Source of the DNA: Malacoraja senta
Lineage: Eukaryota
Reading direction: 5' to 3'
Assembly (NCBI GenBank): GCA_038087875.1
Contig: CM075991.1
Span: forward strand, 14,200,001-14,264,000
Length of the DNA: 64,000 nucleotides
In this document: one piece after another, positions 1-13,192 of the stretch
Layout of the letters: each line of letters begins with the position of its first letter
Numbering within the stretch: position 1 is the stretch's first letter
The notes under the pieces: generated by a model
Told to the model about the DNA's origin: nothing
The model's input: only the letters and a program-made list of their open reading frames with translations
Databases searched by the model: none
Position numbers and translations under genes: made by a program

Positions 1-561
1 TGGGCCGAAGGGCCTGTATCTCTAAACTAAACTAACATACATTCTGAAAGGGGCAGTTTAGTTTAGTTCAAATGCTTAGGAAGGTCATAAGGAATAGGAG
101 TAGAATTAGGCCGTTCGGCCCATCAAGTCTACTCCACGATTCAATGTTCAAGGAGGAACTGCAGATGCTGGAAAATCGAAGGTAGACAAAAATGCTGGAG
201 AAACTCAGCGGGTGAGGCAGCATCTATGTGTGGACAAAATGGGTATTCAATCATGGCTGATCTATCTCTCCCTCCTAACCCCACTCTCCTGCCTTCCCCC
301 CATAACCTCTGACACCCGTACTAATCAAGAATCTATCTATCTCTACCTTAAAAATATCCACTGACTTGGCCTCCACATCCTTCTGTGGCAAAGAATTCCA
401 CAGATTCACCACCCTCTGACTAAAGAAATTCCTCCTCATCTCCTTCCGAAAAGAACGTCCCTTTAATTCTGAGGCTATGTATGACCTCTTGTCCTAGACT
501 CTCCCACTAGTGGAAACATCCTCTCCACATCCACTCTATCCAAGCCTTTCACTATTCTGCT

Positions 562-948
562 GGGAACTGCAGATGCTGGTTTACACTGAAGATAGACACA
601 AAAAACTGGAGTAACTCAGTGGGACAGGCAGCATCTGTGGAGAACACGGACAGGTGACGTTTCGGGTCGAGACTCTTCTTCAGACAGAGTCAGGGGAGAG
701 TGAAACAAGAGCTGTGAAAGGGTACAAAGAACAAATGAATAAAAGATGTGCCCAAGAACAAGCCAGCAACGATGATCAGGAAAAGGCAGAGCGCACAATG
801 GTCTATTGTTGGCTGTGGAAGTGAAAGTCAGCAGGACGACAGTGAAACTATTACGATGACTAGGGTGGCGGGGAGGGACGGAGAGAGGGGACGCAAGGGT
901 TACTTGAAGTTAGAGAAATCAATATTCATACCGCTGGGTTGTAAGCTG
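562..948 (-). mobile_element. Penelope-like element 3' fragment with hammerhead-like core
   Basis: Contains the end of the PLE ORF also seen at 9280-9320 and 22270-22320, plus the shared tail. Minus strand reads CTGAAGA-AGAGTCTCGACCC-GAAACGTC at about 655-685. Confidence 0.75.
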
Positions 949-1399
949 AGTTTAGTTTGGTGTCACGTGTACCGATGTACAGTGGAAAGCTTTTGTTGCG
1001 TGCTAACCAGTCAGTGGAAAGACAATACATGATTACAATCGATCCATCCACAGTCTACAGGGTGGAAATGTAAACGGCTAGAGGGCATCGTTTTAAGATG
1101 AAAGGTTAAGTTTAAAGGAGATAAGTGGGGCAAGGCTTTACACAAAGAGGTGGGTGCCTTGAACGCGCTATCAGGGGTGATGGTGATGTTTAAGACTCTT
1201 TTAGATGGGCCCATAAATATGGGGGGATATGAATCAATGCAGAGATGAATAGTTCATCTTGACATCATGTTTGGCACTAACATCGTGGGCCAAAAGACTT
1301 CTTCCTGTGCTCTACTATTCAAAGTATTGTTTTACGTTCCATCTGAGCTGGTCCCATTTGTCCCAGCCGTTCTATCCTGTTCTATCCACGAACCTGTCC

Positions 1400-2093
1400 A
1401 ATAGACAATAGACAATAGGTGCAGGAGTAGGCCATTCGGCCCTTCGAGCCAGCACCGCCATTCAATGTGATCATGGCTGATCATCCCCAATCAGTACCCT
1501 GTTCCTGCCTTCTTCCCATATCCCCTGACTCCGCTATCTTTAAGAGCACTATCTAGCTCTCCCTTGAAAGTATCCTGAGAACCGGCCTCCACCGCCCTCT
1601 GAGGCAGAGAATTCCACAGACACAACTCTCTGTGAGAAAAGGTCTTTCCTCGTCTCCGTTCTAAATGGCTTACTCCTTATTCTGAAACTGTGGCCCCTGG
1701 TTCTGGACTCCCCCAACATCGGGAACATGTTTCCTGCCTCATGTTATCCAACTTTCTTATTGAAACATATAAGATTATTATATTATATTATGTTACGCTA
1801 GTGTCCAAACCCTTAATAATATTATATGTTTCAATAAGATCCTCTCTCATCCTTTTAAACTCCAGAGTATACAAGCCCAGCCGCTCCATTCTATCAACAT
1901 ATGATAGTCCCGCCATCCCGGGAATTAACCTTGTAAACCTACGCTGCACTCCCTCAATAGCAAGAATGTCCTTCCTCAAATTAGGGGACCAAAACTGCAC
2001 ACAATACTCCAGGTGTGGTCTCACTAGGGCCCTGTACAACTGCAGAAGGACCTCTTTGCTCCTATATTCAACTCCTCTTGTTATAAAGGCCAA
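1400..2093 (-). mobile_element. CR1-clade LINE 3' fragment
   Basis: ORF2 C-terminal peptide [19 protein letters not shown]...[14 protein letters not shown] and (ATTGTCT)n tail. Confidence 0.9.
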
Positions 2094-3022
2094 CAAAGTC
2101 CAAGTGACCTATAGACGCTGTACTTGTACCCGCCTCTGCATCATCTTCTGACAGCGTGTTCCGTACACACACCACCCTCTGTGTGCAAAGGTTGGGGCGG
2201 CACAGTGGTGCAACTGGTAGAGTTGCACCACCAGAGACCTCGCAACACCAGATACCCCGGTTCGATCCTGACCTCGGGTGCTGTCTGTGTGGAGTCTGCA
2301 CGTTCTCCGGGTTTGCGGGTTAATTGGCCCTCTGTAACTTGCCCCTAGTGTGTCGGGAGTGGATGAGAAAGTGGGATAACATGAACGGCTGATCGATGGT
2401 TAACATGGACTCGGTGGGCCGAAGGGCCTGTTTCCTTGAATGCTGTATCTCTAAAATAAAATGGTCTTAAAACAGCCTCCTTGGAACCAAGTTCCATCCT
2501 CACTGTGGAACTTACAACAGTACAGCACTAGAACAGGCCCTACGGCCCACTGTGTAGGTGCTGTTCCCATGCTGTATTCTTCAACAGCACTGCAGGGGCC
2601 CATTGCGTCTACCTGCGACAGGCAGCAAAGCACTAACCAGGCCAGCTGTGAGAACACACCTCAGTGCACTGAATCAACAAGGATATCAAGTGGATTAAGC
2701 AAGTCCACAAGGTGACATCTGTGTGGATTATCCTGCGTGTGGCAATGACGCGGTTGTCAGGGGAAGGGAAGGAGAGGGTTTACGAGAAGGCAGAGCCAGG
2801 CTGCTTGAACAGTATCCCTTCTCACAGCTCCCTCACTGGCACCAGCCTCGGGCCACAGCTGCTCACTGTGAGGGACTGCCTTCTACAGTAACTCTCCACT
2901 CAAGAGGGTTTAGAATGGAGTTGAGGAGGAAATTCTTTAGCCAGAGGGTGGTGAATCTGTGGAATTCATTGCTGTGTGTGTGTAATATATATGTGCGTGT
3001 GTGTGTGTGTGTATATACATGT

Positions 3023-3327
3023 GGCACGGTGGCACAGCGGTAGAGTTGCTGCCTTACCGCGCCAGGGACCCAGGTTCAATCCCGACTACGGGTGCTGTCT
3101 GTAAGGAGTTTGTACGTTCTCCCCGTGACCACGTGGGTTTTCTCTGAGATTTTCGGTTTCCTCCCACACTCCAAAGACGTACAGGTTTGTAGGCTAATTG
3201 TCTTGTAAAATTGAATATTAACCCTGGTGGGTGTAGGATAGTGTAAGTGCACGGAGATCGCTGGTCGGGGCAATCTTGGAGGGCCGAAAGGCCTGTTTCC
3301 GTGCTGTATCTCCAAACTAAACTAAAA
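3023..3327 (+). mobile_element. tRNA-derived V-SINE (HE1-like); one of dozens of copies in the window
   Basis: A box GGTGGCACAGCGG, B box GGTTCAATCC, V-domain GGAGTTTGTACGTTCTCCCCGTG...GGTTTCCTCCCACACTCCAAAGAC, CR1-like 3' end GGGCCGAAAGGCCTGTTTCC and (CTAAA)n tail. Confidence 0.9.
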
Positions 3328-3337
3328 TCTAATATTA

Positions 3338-3347
3338 CATACATATT

Positions 3348-3400
<53 letters not shown>

Positions 3401-3805
3401 CCACGCATATACACACACACATATATACACACACACACACATATATACACACACACACACACACGTATACACACACACACATATATATACACACGCACAC
3501 ATATATACACACGCACACACATATATATACACACGCACACACACGTATACACACACACACACATATATATACACACGCACACACATATATACACACGCAC
3601 ACACATATATATACACACATATATACACACGCACACACATATATACACACATATATACACACACACACATACACACACACACATATATATACACACACAT
3701 ACACACATATATATACACACACATATACACATGCACACACATATATATACACACACACACACACATGCATATATACACACGCATATATACACACACACAC
3801 ACACA
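3338..3805. repeat. Compound (CA)n/(TA)n microsatellite
   Basis: Seen directly; source of the spurious His-Thr and Cys-Val ORFs. Confidence 0.97.
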
Positions 3806-3829
3806 ATCATGTTTAATATATTGTTTTCG

Positions 3830-4210
3830 TTCCCTGAAGGCATTTGATAAAGTGTCACATGAAAGGCTGGTGCATGAGCTCATGATATTGGAACAAACAT
3901 GGATTGACTGATTCTCACACAGAAGGCAGAGTCAGAATAAAGGGATCATTTTCGTGAAGGAAGGATGGAATGAGTAGATTTGTTCTTGGCCTCAGTTATT
4001 TACTGGTATAATAATGAGCTGGGGAAGGGAGCGGAGTATTAGATGTCCACATATAGTGATGATACAAAAATGAGGTCAGTGGTCATGTTGCAATGAAGTT
4101 ATTTGGATATAGATAGATTGGATGAATGGGCGAAACTTTGTCAAATTGTGTTTAAAGTGGGAATGTGTGGGATTGGTAAGAAGAATCTAAAGGAGGTATT
4201 TTATCGAAAT
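3830..4210 (+). mobile_element. Old, degraded CR1 RT fragment
   Basis: KAFDKVSH-like start and DDTK-like remnant with many indels. Similar old copies at about 44170-44600 and 56300-56830. Confidence 0.65.
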
Positions 4211-4325
4211 CTAAATGTGGGGCCGTACAATGGTGCAGATGATAGAGCTGCTGCCTCACAGCGCCAGAGACCCAGGTTCAATCCTGACCTTGGGCACTGT
4301 CTGTGTGGAGTTTGCACATGCTCCC

Positions 4326-4865
4326 TGTTCTTCTTCTTGTGTTTGAGGCAGCAGAGGTTATGTAACGGCCTCCAGGCGCTGTAGCCAGTTCAATCTGTTG
4401 TTGTCGAGGGCCGAGAGGTCTACCCTCCACCAGGGGGGCGGAGGACAGCGCAGTCGAACGCAGCCCCCAGCGATGCATGTTGGCGTTGAACCGGCCGACC
4501 CCTGTACGGAGCTGGTTCAGGGCGACCCACTCTTTGCGGGGCAGGTCCGAGCCGGGCGGGGCTGTGGTGTTTGGTGCGACAGCGAATTGTGGAGGTCGCG
4601 AAGTCTGTTCCCAGCTGGTTCTCCATGCTCCTCGTGTGTTGAAACCGGAGCCACAGAGGGTCGCTGTCTAACGGGAGAAGGGGCGACCAGATGACAGGCG
4701 TTGAGGTCCCAGTTGCTGTGAGTCCTGGGCGAGGTGGTGCAAAGGATGTTTTGTGTCTGATGGGGCCTTGCACCCCAGCCTATGAGTGAAGTACTCTGCC
4801 GGGTTCGATAACTGCGAGCACCGGCAGAAGATCCGTCTGAGTAGGGCGTAGATGGCCTGTCATTG
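4326..4865 (-). mobile_element. Ingi/Vingi-like (I-group) LINE 3' fragment inserted into a V-SINE
   Basis: Minus frame reads PPGSDLPRKEWVALNQLRTGVGRFNANMHRWG, with a (GAA)n tail. It splits a SINE (about 4225-4325 and 4870-5040). Clade assignment is from recalled motif similarity only. Confidence 0.55.
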
Positions 4866-5164
4866 CGTGGCTCTCCTCCAGTTTCCTCCTACATCCCAAA
4901 GACGTGCAGGTTTGTAGATTAATTTGCGTCCGTAGTTTGACCCTATAGTGTAGGGAGTGGATGCAAAAGGTGGGGTAGTGTAGAACTACTGTGGACAGGT
5001 AGACTCGGTGGGCTGAAGGCCTGTTTCAATATGTTGCATCTTTCAATCTATCAATGGAGAATGAATCAAAGGGATTCATTGTTCATTGGTTGTCCAATAA
5101 AGAACAGCTTAAAAAAAAGCCTATGAAGTTACAGTAGTTTTAATTTAGTTTGGAGATACAGCAC

Positions 5165-6330
5165 AGAAACATAGAAACATAGAAAATAGGTGCAGGAGTA
5201 GGCCATTCGGCCCTTCGAGCCTGCACCGCCATTCAATATGATCATGGCTGATCATCCAACTCAGTATCCCGTACCGGCCTTCTCTCCATACCCCCTGATC
5301 CCATTAGCCACAAGGGCCACATCTAACTCCCTCTTAAATTATGGCCAATGAACTGGCCTCAACTACCCTCCGTGGCAGAGAGTTCCAGAGATTCACCACT
5401 CTCTGTGTGAAAAAGTTTTTCCTCATCTCGGTCTTAAAGGATTTCCTCCTTATCCTTAAGCTGTGACCCCTTGTCCTGGACTTCCCCAACATCGGGAACA
5501 ATCTTCCTGCATCTAACCTGTCCAACCCCATAAGAATTTTGTACGTTTCTATAAGATCCCCTCTCAATCTCCTAAATTCTAGCGAGTATAAGCCAAGTCT
5601 ATCCAGTCTTTCTTCATATGAAAGTCCTGACATCCCAGGAATCAGTCTGGTGAACCTTCTCTGCACTCCCTCTATGGCTATAATGTCCTTCCTCAGATTT
5701 GGAGACCAAAACTGTACGCAATACTCCAGGTGTGGTCTCACCAAGACCCTGTACAACTGCAGTAGAACCTCCCTGCTCCTATACTCAAATCCTCTTGCTA
5801 TGAAGGCCAACATACCATTCGCTTTCTTCACTGCCTGCTGCACCTGCATGCCTACTTTCAATGACTGGTGTACCATGACACCCAGGTCTCGCTGCATCTC
5901 CCCATTTCCTAATCGGCCACCATTTAGATAATAGTCTGCCTTCCCGTTTTTGCCACCAAAGTGGATAACCTCACATTTATCCACATTATACTGCATCTGC
6001 CAAACATTTGCCCACTCACCCAGCCTATCCAAGTCACCTTGCAGTCTCCTAGCATCCTCCGCACAGCTAACACTGCCCCCCAGCTTAGTGTCATCCGCAA
6101 ACTTGGAGATGTTGCTTTCAATTCCCTCGTCCAGATCATTAATATAAATTGTAAATAGCTGGGGTCCCAGCACTGAGCCTTGCGGTACCCCACTAGTCAC
6201 TGCCTGCCATTGTGAAAAGGACCCGTTTACTCCTACTCTTTGCTTCCTGTTTGCCAGCCAGTTCTCTATCCACATCAATACTGAACCCCCAATACCGTGT
6301 GATTTAAGTTTGTATCCTAATCTCTTATGT
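5165..6330 (-). mobile_element. Young CR1 LINE 3' fragment (RT C-terminal half, about 330 aa open)
   Basis: SGVPQGSVLGP, KFADDTKL and LEYCVQFWSP motifs; (TTTCTATG)n tail; 5'-truncated. Confidence 0.95.
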
Positions 6331-7130
6331 GGTACAGCATGGAAACAGGCCCTTCGGCCCCACTGAGTCCGCACAGACTAGTGATCCCCGCTCATTAACC
6401 CTATCCTACACAGGCTAGTGACAATTTACATGTTTTTAATACACCAAGCCAATTAACCTACAAACCTGGAGGTTACGTCTTTGGGGTGCGGATGGAAACC
6501 GAAGGTCTCAGAGAAAACCCACGCGGTCACGGGGAGAACGTACAAAGTCCGTACAGACAGCACCCGTAGCCGGGATCGAACCCGTGACTCTGGTGCTGTA
6601 AGGCGGCAACCCTACCGCTGGAGCTCAGTAGAATAATTGGTGCTATAACAAGGAACACTCATGCTGGTTTACCAGAGAAAGACAGGCACAAGATGCTGGA
6701 GTAACTCAGTCAGGCAGCATCTCTGGAGAAGATGGATGTGGTGTCGGGGAGTGACGCTGGGTTCGGCTGTGACCACACCGATACTCGTACTAGGGTGAAC
6801 TCACGTGGTTTATTCCCTACACTGTGGTAAGTCAGTCCAGGGCCACATGGATGCGCTGTCCCTCACTGTCAGAGTGCCTTGTGTGGAGGCGCTGGTGGTC
6901 TGGGGCTTGTCCGGCAGTTCAGTCCTGGTCTTCAAGGGAGGAGGCGGGGAGATCTCAGCCTTCTGCCAGCAGTTCACCCTCGCCTCGAGAGGAGGCGCTG
7001 ACTGCACAGGTTCCGACCTGGCAGCTCAGCTTTGGGCTTGTTTCTGCACTGTATCTCTAAAGTCTAAAGGTGGGACTTGTGTAGATGAGGCATGTTGGTC
7101 GGCGTTGAATGAAGGGCCTGTTTTTAGGCT

Positions 7131-7330
7131 NNNNNNNNNNNNNNNNNNNNNNNNNNNNNNNNNNNNNNNNNNNNNNNNNNNNNNNNNNNNNNNNNNNNNN
7201 NNNNNNNNNNNNNNNNNNNNNNNNNNNNNNNNNNNNNNNNNNNNNNNNNNNNNNNNNNNNNNNNNNNNNNNNNNNNNNNNNNNNNNNNNNNNNNNNNNNN
7301 NNNNNNNNNNNNNNNNNNNNNNNNNNNNNN
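7131..7330. other. Assembly gap (200 N)
   Basis: Run of 200 N abutting a TG-rich microsatellite. Confidence 1.
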
Positions 7331-7705
7331 TTCTGTGCATGAGTGTGACTGTGTGCGTGTCTCTGTGACTGCGTGTCTGTGACTGCGTGTATTTGTGTGA
7401 GTGTGTGTCTCTGAGTGTATTTGTGTGCGTGTCTGTGTCTGTGTCTGAGTGTGTGTGTGTGTGTGTGTCTGTGAGTGTGTGTTTGTGTCTGTGTGAGTGT
7501 GTGTGTTTGCGTGCGTGTGAGTGTGTGTCTGTGTTTGTGTGTGTGTTTGCGTGAGTGTGTGTGTTGCGTGTGTGTGTTTGCGTGAGTGTGTGTGTGTGTG
7601 TGTGTTTGCGTGAGTGTGTGTGTTTGTGTGTGTGTTTGCGTGTGTGTGTTTGCATGTGTGCGTGGTGTGTGTGTGTGTGTGTGTGTGTGCGTGTGTGAGA
7701 GTGTG
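7331..7705. repeat. (TG)n-rich microsatellite
   Basis: Seen directly. Confidence 0.95.
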
Positions 7706-7719
7706 AGGGTGAAAGGGAT

Positions 7720-7910
7720 CGCACTCTGGTTAATGGTAGGATGGTTCAGTTGCCTGATAACAGCTGGGAAGAAACGGTCCCTGAATCTGGAGGTGTGCGT
7801 TTTCACACTTCTGTACCTCTTGCCTGATGGGAGAGGGGAGAAGAGGGAGTGACCGGGGTGAGACTGGTCCTTGATGATGCTGCTGGCCTTGCCGAGGCAG
7901 CGTGAGGTGT
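7720..7910 (-). mobile_element. Rex1/Babar-like LINE 3' fragment
   Basis: LPSGKRYRSVKTHTSRFRDRFFPAVIRQLN peptide, same family as 19755-20335. Confidence 0.75.
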
Positions 7911-8894
7911 TGGCAGTACTCCACTGTGAGATGCGGGACTAATAATGCATGAAGGATGGTGCGATCAGACCAAGCAGTCACAGGTATTCAGGGCAGTCGA
8001 GGAGCATTGACTAGTGCCTGGGCCACTTGGGAGACCGAGCAATTTGTCTCATTATCATTCTATGCAGTCGTAGTGACAAGTACCCAGGGAGTTCAAATCA
8101 CACAACAGGAACTGAGAAATTTAATTTCAATTAATTGAGGTCTTGGCAACAAAGCCTGTGTATTTGTGTGGTTTTGATTAAAACTGGCTTGGTTTAGAGA
8201 AGCTGGTCTTTGTGTAGGAAGGAACTGCAGATGCTGGTTTAAATCGAAGATAGACACAAACTGCTGGAGTAACTCAGCGGGACAGGCAGCATCTCTGGAG
8301 AGAAGGAATGGGTGACGTTTCTTCAGACTGACGTCAGGGGAGGGGTCGGGTCAAAGATAGAATGTAGTCGGAGACAAGGACTAGTGGGCGAGTGAGCAAG
8401 GGCTCTCTGAAGTTAGAGAAGTCTACCTGGTCTACATGTGGGCAGCACAGTGGCGCAGCTGGTTGAGGTGCCAGAAACCCTGGTCCGATGCCGACCTCGG
8501 TGCTATCTGTGTGTGTGGAGTTTGCATGTTCTCCCGGCGACCGCGTGGGTTTCCTTCTGATGCTTCGGTTTCCTCCCACATCCCGAAGACACGCTGGTTT
8601 GTAGGTGAATCGGCCTCTACATTTCCCCTAGTGTGTAGTGAGTTTTATAGTGGTTTTATATGTAGTTCAGTACACGTATCACTGCACGTAGGCGCTAAGA
8701 TGCATCTTGGATAAGCCTCTCCAATACAGTACATATATAGCAGTAGTACACTGAGACTGTGTACAGAGTCACTCTGTATCTTCCCCTTTCCTCTACCTGT
8801 TGTACTTCAGTTCAGCTTAGTTTCATTTATGTATAGTATTATCTGATTTGATCGGATAGCATTCGATACAAAGCTTTTCACTGTACCTTGGTAG

Positions 8895-9630
8895 AGTGCC
8901 CCCCCCCCCTCCCCAGGTACTTTCCCCTGCAACCACAGGAGATGCAACACCTGTCCCAATACCTCCCCCCTCGACTCTGTCCACGGACCCCGACAGTCCT
9001 TTCAGGTGAGGCAGAGGTTCACTTGCACCTCCTCCAACCTCATCTACTGTATCCGCTGTTCCAGGTGTGGACTCCTGTACATCGGCCAGACCAAGGGCAG
9101 GCTCAGCGATCGTTTCGCTGAACACCTGCGCACAATCCCCCGAAACCTACCTGATCTCCTGGTTGCTGTAACTCCCCCTCCCATTCCCACACTGACCTTC
9201 CTGTCCTGGGCCTCCTCCATTGTCAGAGTGAGGCCCAGCGCAAATTGGAGGAACAGCACCTCATCTTTCGCTTGGGCAGCTTACACCCCAGCGGTATGAA
9301 CATTGACTTCTCTAACTTCAAATAACCCTTGCTTCACCTCTCTCTCTCTCTAGCTGTCCCTCCCACCCTAGTTCTCTGACTAGCTTCACTGTCCTGAATA
9401 ATATTACTGATTGTATGCCTCCTTGGTACCTTCCACTCAAACAATAATCCATTCTAAATTTTCCTTGATAATTGTCAGCTTTGATCTGTCGTTTTCACAC
9501 CTCGCCCTTCCATTTTCTCCAGACTCCCTCTCCCCTGACTCTGAAGAAGGGTCAGAAACATCATCCATTCCTTCTCTCCAGAGATGCTGCCTGTCCCGTT
9601 GAGTTACTCCGACATTTTATTTCTACCTCC
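8895..9630 (+). mobile_element. Penelope-like element 3' fragment: GIY-YIG endonuclease remnant plus 3' tail
   Basis: FTCTSSNLIYCIRCSRCGLLYIGQTKGRLSDRFAEHLR is a PLE GIY-YIG motif. Degenerate hammerhead core CTGAAGAAGGGTC-AGAAAC at 9541. Confidence 0.9.
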
Positions 9631-10422
9631 TGCCAAGTCTCTGTTGTGCAGGAGCTCCCAGTGTTGGCATCGGCGTGCCAGGTGGCCTGGCCTCTGCTTT
9701 CTGCGAGAGAACGGGATGGGTATCCTGGAAAGGCTTGAGTCAGTATCCTGGGGCATGGATACAACCACAGCCTTGCTGACTTGTTGACCCCCATCCCTCC
9801 ACAACGCGGGGACAAGGCAGGCCACGTGTTTCCCAAGTACACACACCACGTCCAACCCCGCTAGCAAAACTGAGAGGCTTTGTGTCTAACGCACTCGTCC
9901 CAACATAGTTCATCAGTGATAGGAGCCGAATTAGGAAATTCGGCCCCATCAAGTCTCTTCCGCCATTCAATCATGGCTGATTCCTATCCCATTCTCCAGC
10001 CTTCTCCCCATAACCCCTGACAGCCTTACTCATCAAGAATTCTTATCAGTCTGCCATAAAAGTAACCATTGACTTGTTCTCCACAGCCTTCTGTGGCAAA
10101 GAATTCCGCAGTGGTTATTGATTACATGAGACTTGGAGCAAGTCTTTGTTTTGCCTAAGATTCCAGTATCCAGTAGCTCCTTGTGTCTCCCGCATAAAAA
10201 TAGGCCTAAAATGGTCACAAATGAAGTTCGCAGGTCGGGCAGCATCTCTGGGGAAAAGGAATAGGTGAAGATCCAGGTCGCGACCCTTGTTAGTTGACCA
10301 TAACCACCCGTTCACAATAATCTGATATTAATCCTTTATTGTACCCATCATCTCCCCTCACCTTTTATCACTCCCTACACTCGAGGGGCAATTTACAGAG
10401 GGCCAATTAACCTACAAACCTG

Positions 10423-10702
10423 AGGTAGACAAAAGTGCTGGAGAAACTCAGCAGGTGCAGCAGCATCTATGGAGCGAAGGAAATAGGCAACGTTTCGGGC
10501 CGAAACCCTGAAGGAAATAGGCAACGTTTCAGGCCGAAACCTGGAAGGAAATAGGCAACGTTTCGGGCCGAAACCCGGAAGGGTTTCGTCCCGAAACGTT
10601 GCCTATTTCCTTCGCTCCATAGATGCCGCTGCAGCTGGGTGAGTTTCTCCAGCACTTTTTTGTCTACCTTTGATTTTCCAGCATCTGCAGTTCCTTCTTA
10701 AA
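10423..10702. mobile_element. Inverted dimer of Penelope tails with a triplicated 33-34-bp internal unit
   Basis: Left arm is the reverse complement of the right arm; GAAGGAAATAGGCAACGTTTC(G/A)GGCCGAAACC occurs three times. Confidence 0.85.
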
Positions 10703-12537
10703 CCTCCAAACCTGGGATGTGGGAGGAAAGCGGGGCACCCGGAGAAAAGCCATGCGGGTCACAGGGAGAACGTGCAAACTCCACACAGATGCGCCCGTGG
10801 TCCAGACTGAACCCAGGTCTCTGGCGCCGTAAGGCAGCAACTCTAACGCAGCCGGTTGATGTATTATAGTGGGGCATGAAATCTCAGCAGGCTGTTGCTG
10901 CTGCCTTTTCTACTTGTGTCAAGGTATCTGCCCCCCAACAAGTGGTGACACTGTGACGCAGTGGCAGAGCTGCCAACCCACCCTGCCAGAAACCCAGGTT
11001 CGATCCTGACCTCAGCTGCTGCCTGTGCCTCCCCGTGACCCACCTGCGTTTCCTCCGGGTGCTGCCGTTTCCTCCCACACTGTGTACAGAGTATGGGGAT
11101 CACTGGTCGGCATGGACTCGATGGGCTGAAGGGCCTGTTTCCGCGCTGTATCTCTAAACTAAACTAAAAACTAATCAAGCCAGTCAGAATCAGTGGCATT
11201 ACCATGAAGACAAATATCACGTTAGCAAATAATACATTAGTACAAATAGCATTAATATTTCATCAGCCTGAGCTGCTTTCAGCTGGTATTTTACATGTTC
11301 TGTTCTTTGCTCGTATATTAAAAATAAAATGAAGAAGGGTTTCGGCCCGAAACGTTGCCTATTTCCTTCGCTCCATAGATGCTGCTGCACCCGCTGAGTT
11401 TCTCCAGCATTTTTGTCTACCTTTGATTTTCCAGCATCTGCAGTTCCTTCTTAAAAATAAAATGAATTGATGTTAACTTTCCTAGCTGCTGAGGCGGGAT
11501 TTGAACTCTTGTCTCTGGTCCAGTGCCGAAGCCTCTGATTGTGGGTGCAGGACATAACCATTATACCACTGCACCCAGTGCTACATAATAGGGTGGGGGG
11601 GGGGGGTTTAGAGGGAGTTGAGAGCAAGGGGGTTGGAGATAAATGAGAAAGTAGTTGGTGTTTATTTATTCCTTGCTTATGTGGAAATTCATTTTGGTTT
11701 CCTCACTTGGCCTGCACGGTGGCGCAGCGGTAGAGTTGCTGCCTTACAGCGCCAGAGACCCGGCTTCGATCCCGACTACGGGTGCTGTCTGTACGAAGTT
11801 TGTACTGTCTCCCTGTGACCGTGTGGGTTTCCTCCGGGTGCTCCGGTTTCCTCCCACACTCCGAAGACGTACAGGTTTGCAGGTTAATCTGCCTCTGTAA
11901 ATTGTGTGTGGGGATTGCTGGTCTGTTCGGACTCGGTGGGCCGAAGGGCCTGTTTCCGCGCTGTATCTGTAAACTAAACTAAACAACGAAACATTTTGAG
12001 TTCTGGGTTTAAAAGCAGGACTAGGAATCATTGAACCTCTCTCTCTCTCGAGAAGGCTGCAGGGGTTCATCCATTTCAGCTTTTCCACTCTTGAGATTGA
12101 TTTTCTTTTGAGGGTTGTGGGATATGGGAAGTTGGGACACAAGGAACTGCAGATGCTGGTTTACAAAAAAAAATCAGACTGCTGGAGTAACTCAGCGGGT
12201 TGATTGGTCTTATTGAATTGCACAGTCGGTGCGTAGAACTCAATGGCTGTCCCTCTTATTCCTTAGAGGCATCAAGGCATGAGAAATGTTTCCCACTGGG
12301 CTTCTAGTCCCTTGAGTATACAAGATGAAGCTATGTAAAACACCAAAGTGCTGGAGGAACTCAGCGGGTCAGGCAGCATCTGGGGAGGGGAGGGAATGGA
12401 CAGAAGGCGTTTCGGATCTCTAGTCTGAAGGAGGGTCCTGACCTGAAATATTGTCTGCCCGTTCCCTCCACAGATGCCGCCCGACCCGCTGAGTTCCCCA
12501 GCACTTTGTGTTTTTGTCCACGATTGTGGCATCTGCA

Positions 12538-13192
12538 AATGTTGGCCTTCATAACAAGAGGATTTCAGTATAGGAGTAAAAAGGTTCTTCTGCAGTTGTA
12601 TAGGGCTCTGGTGAAACCACATCTGGAGTATCGTGTACAGTTTTGGTCTCCTAATTTGAGGAAGGACATCCTTGTAATTGAGGCAGTGCAGCGTAGGTTC
12701 ACGAGATTGATCCCTGGGATGGCGGGACTGTCATATGAGGAAAGATTGAAAAGACTAGGCTTGTATTCACTGGAGTTTAGAAGGATGAGGGGGGATCTTA
12801 TAGAAACATATAAAATTATAAAAGGACTGGACAAGCTAGATGCAGGAAAAATGTTCCCAATGTTGGGCGAGTCCAGAACCAGGGGCCACAGTCTTCGAAT
12901 AAAGGGGGGGTCATTTAAGACTGAGGTGAGAGAAAACTTTTTCACCCAGAGAGTTGTGAATTTATGGAATTCCCTGCCACAGAGGGCAGTGGAGGCCAAA
13001 TCACTGGATGGATTTAAGAGAGAGTTAGTTAGAGTTCTAGGGGCTAGTGGAGTCAAGGGATATGGGGAGAAGGCAGGCACGGGTTATTGATAGGGGACGA
13101 TCAGCCATGATCACAATGAATGGCAGTGCTGGCTTGAAGGGCCGAATGGCCTCCTCCTGCACCTATTTTCTATGTTTCTATCTATGTTTCTA
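12538..13192 (+). mobile_element. CR1 LINE 3' fragment
   Basis: ORF2 C-terminus ...GYGEKAGTGY* followed by 3' UTR hairpin and (TTTCTATG)n tail. Confidence 0.93.

Noticed and set aside
3023..3095. tRNA genes suggested by A/B boxes
   Set aside because: Each continues into a V-domain and LINE-derived tail, so they are SINE heads; no complete cloverleaf is seen.
3054..3883. Long Cys-Val and His-Thr ORFs (also at 7026-7852 and 24008-24567)
   Set aside because: They are translations of dinucleotide microsatellites.
5334..6374. 346-aa reverse transcriptase as a functional or domesticated gene
   Set aside because: It is a 5'-truncated CR1 ORF2 lacking the endonuclease and N-terminal RT; the apparent start comes from an adjacent SINE.
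6740..7025. Possible LTR retrotransposon remnant (TG...CA segment with minus-strand AATAAA)
   Set aside because: No TSD, second LTR or recognisable gag/pol motif, and it is close to a gap; support is insufficient.
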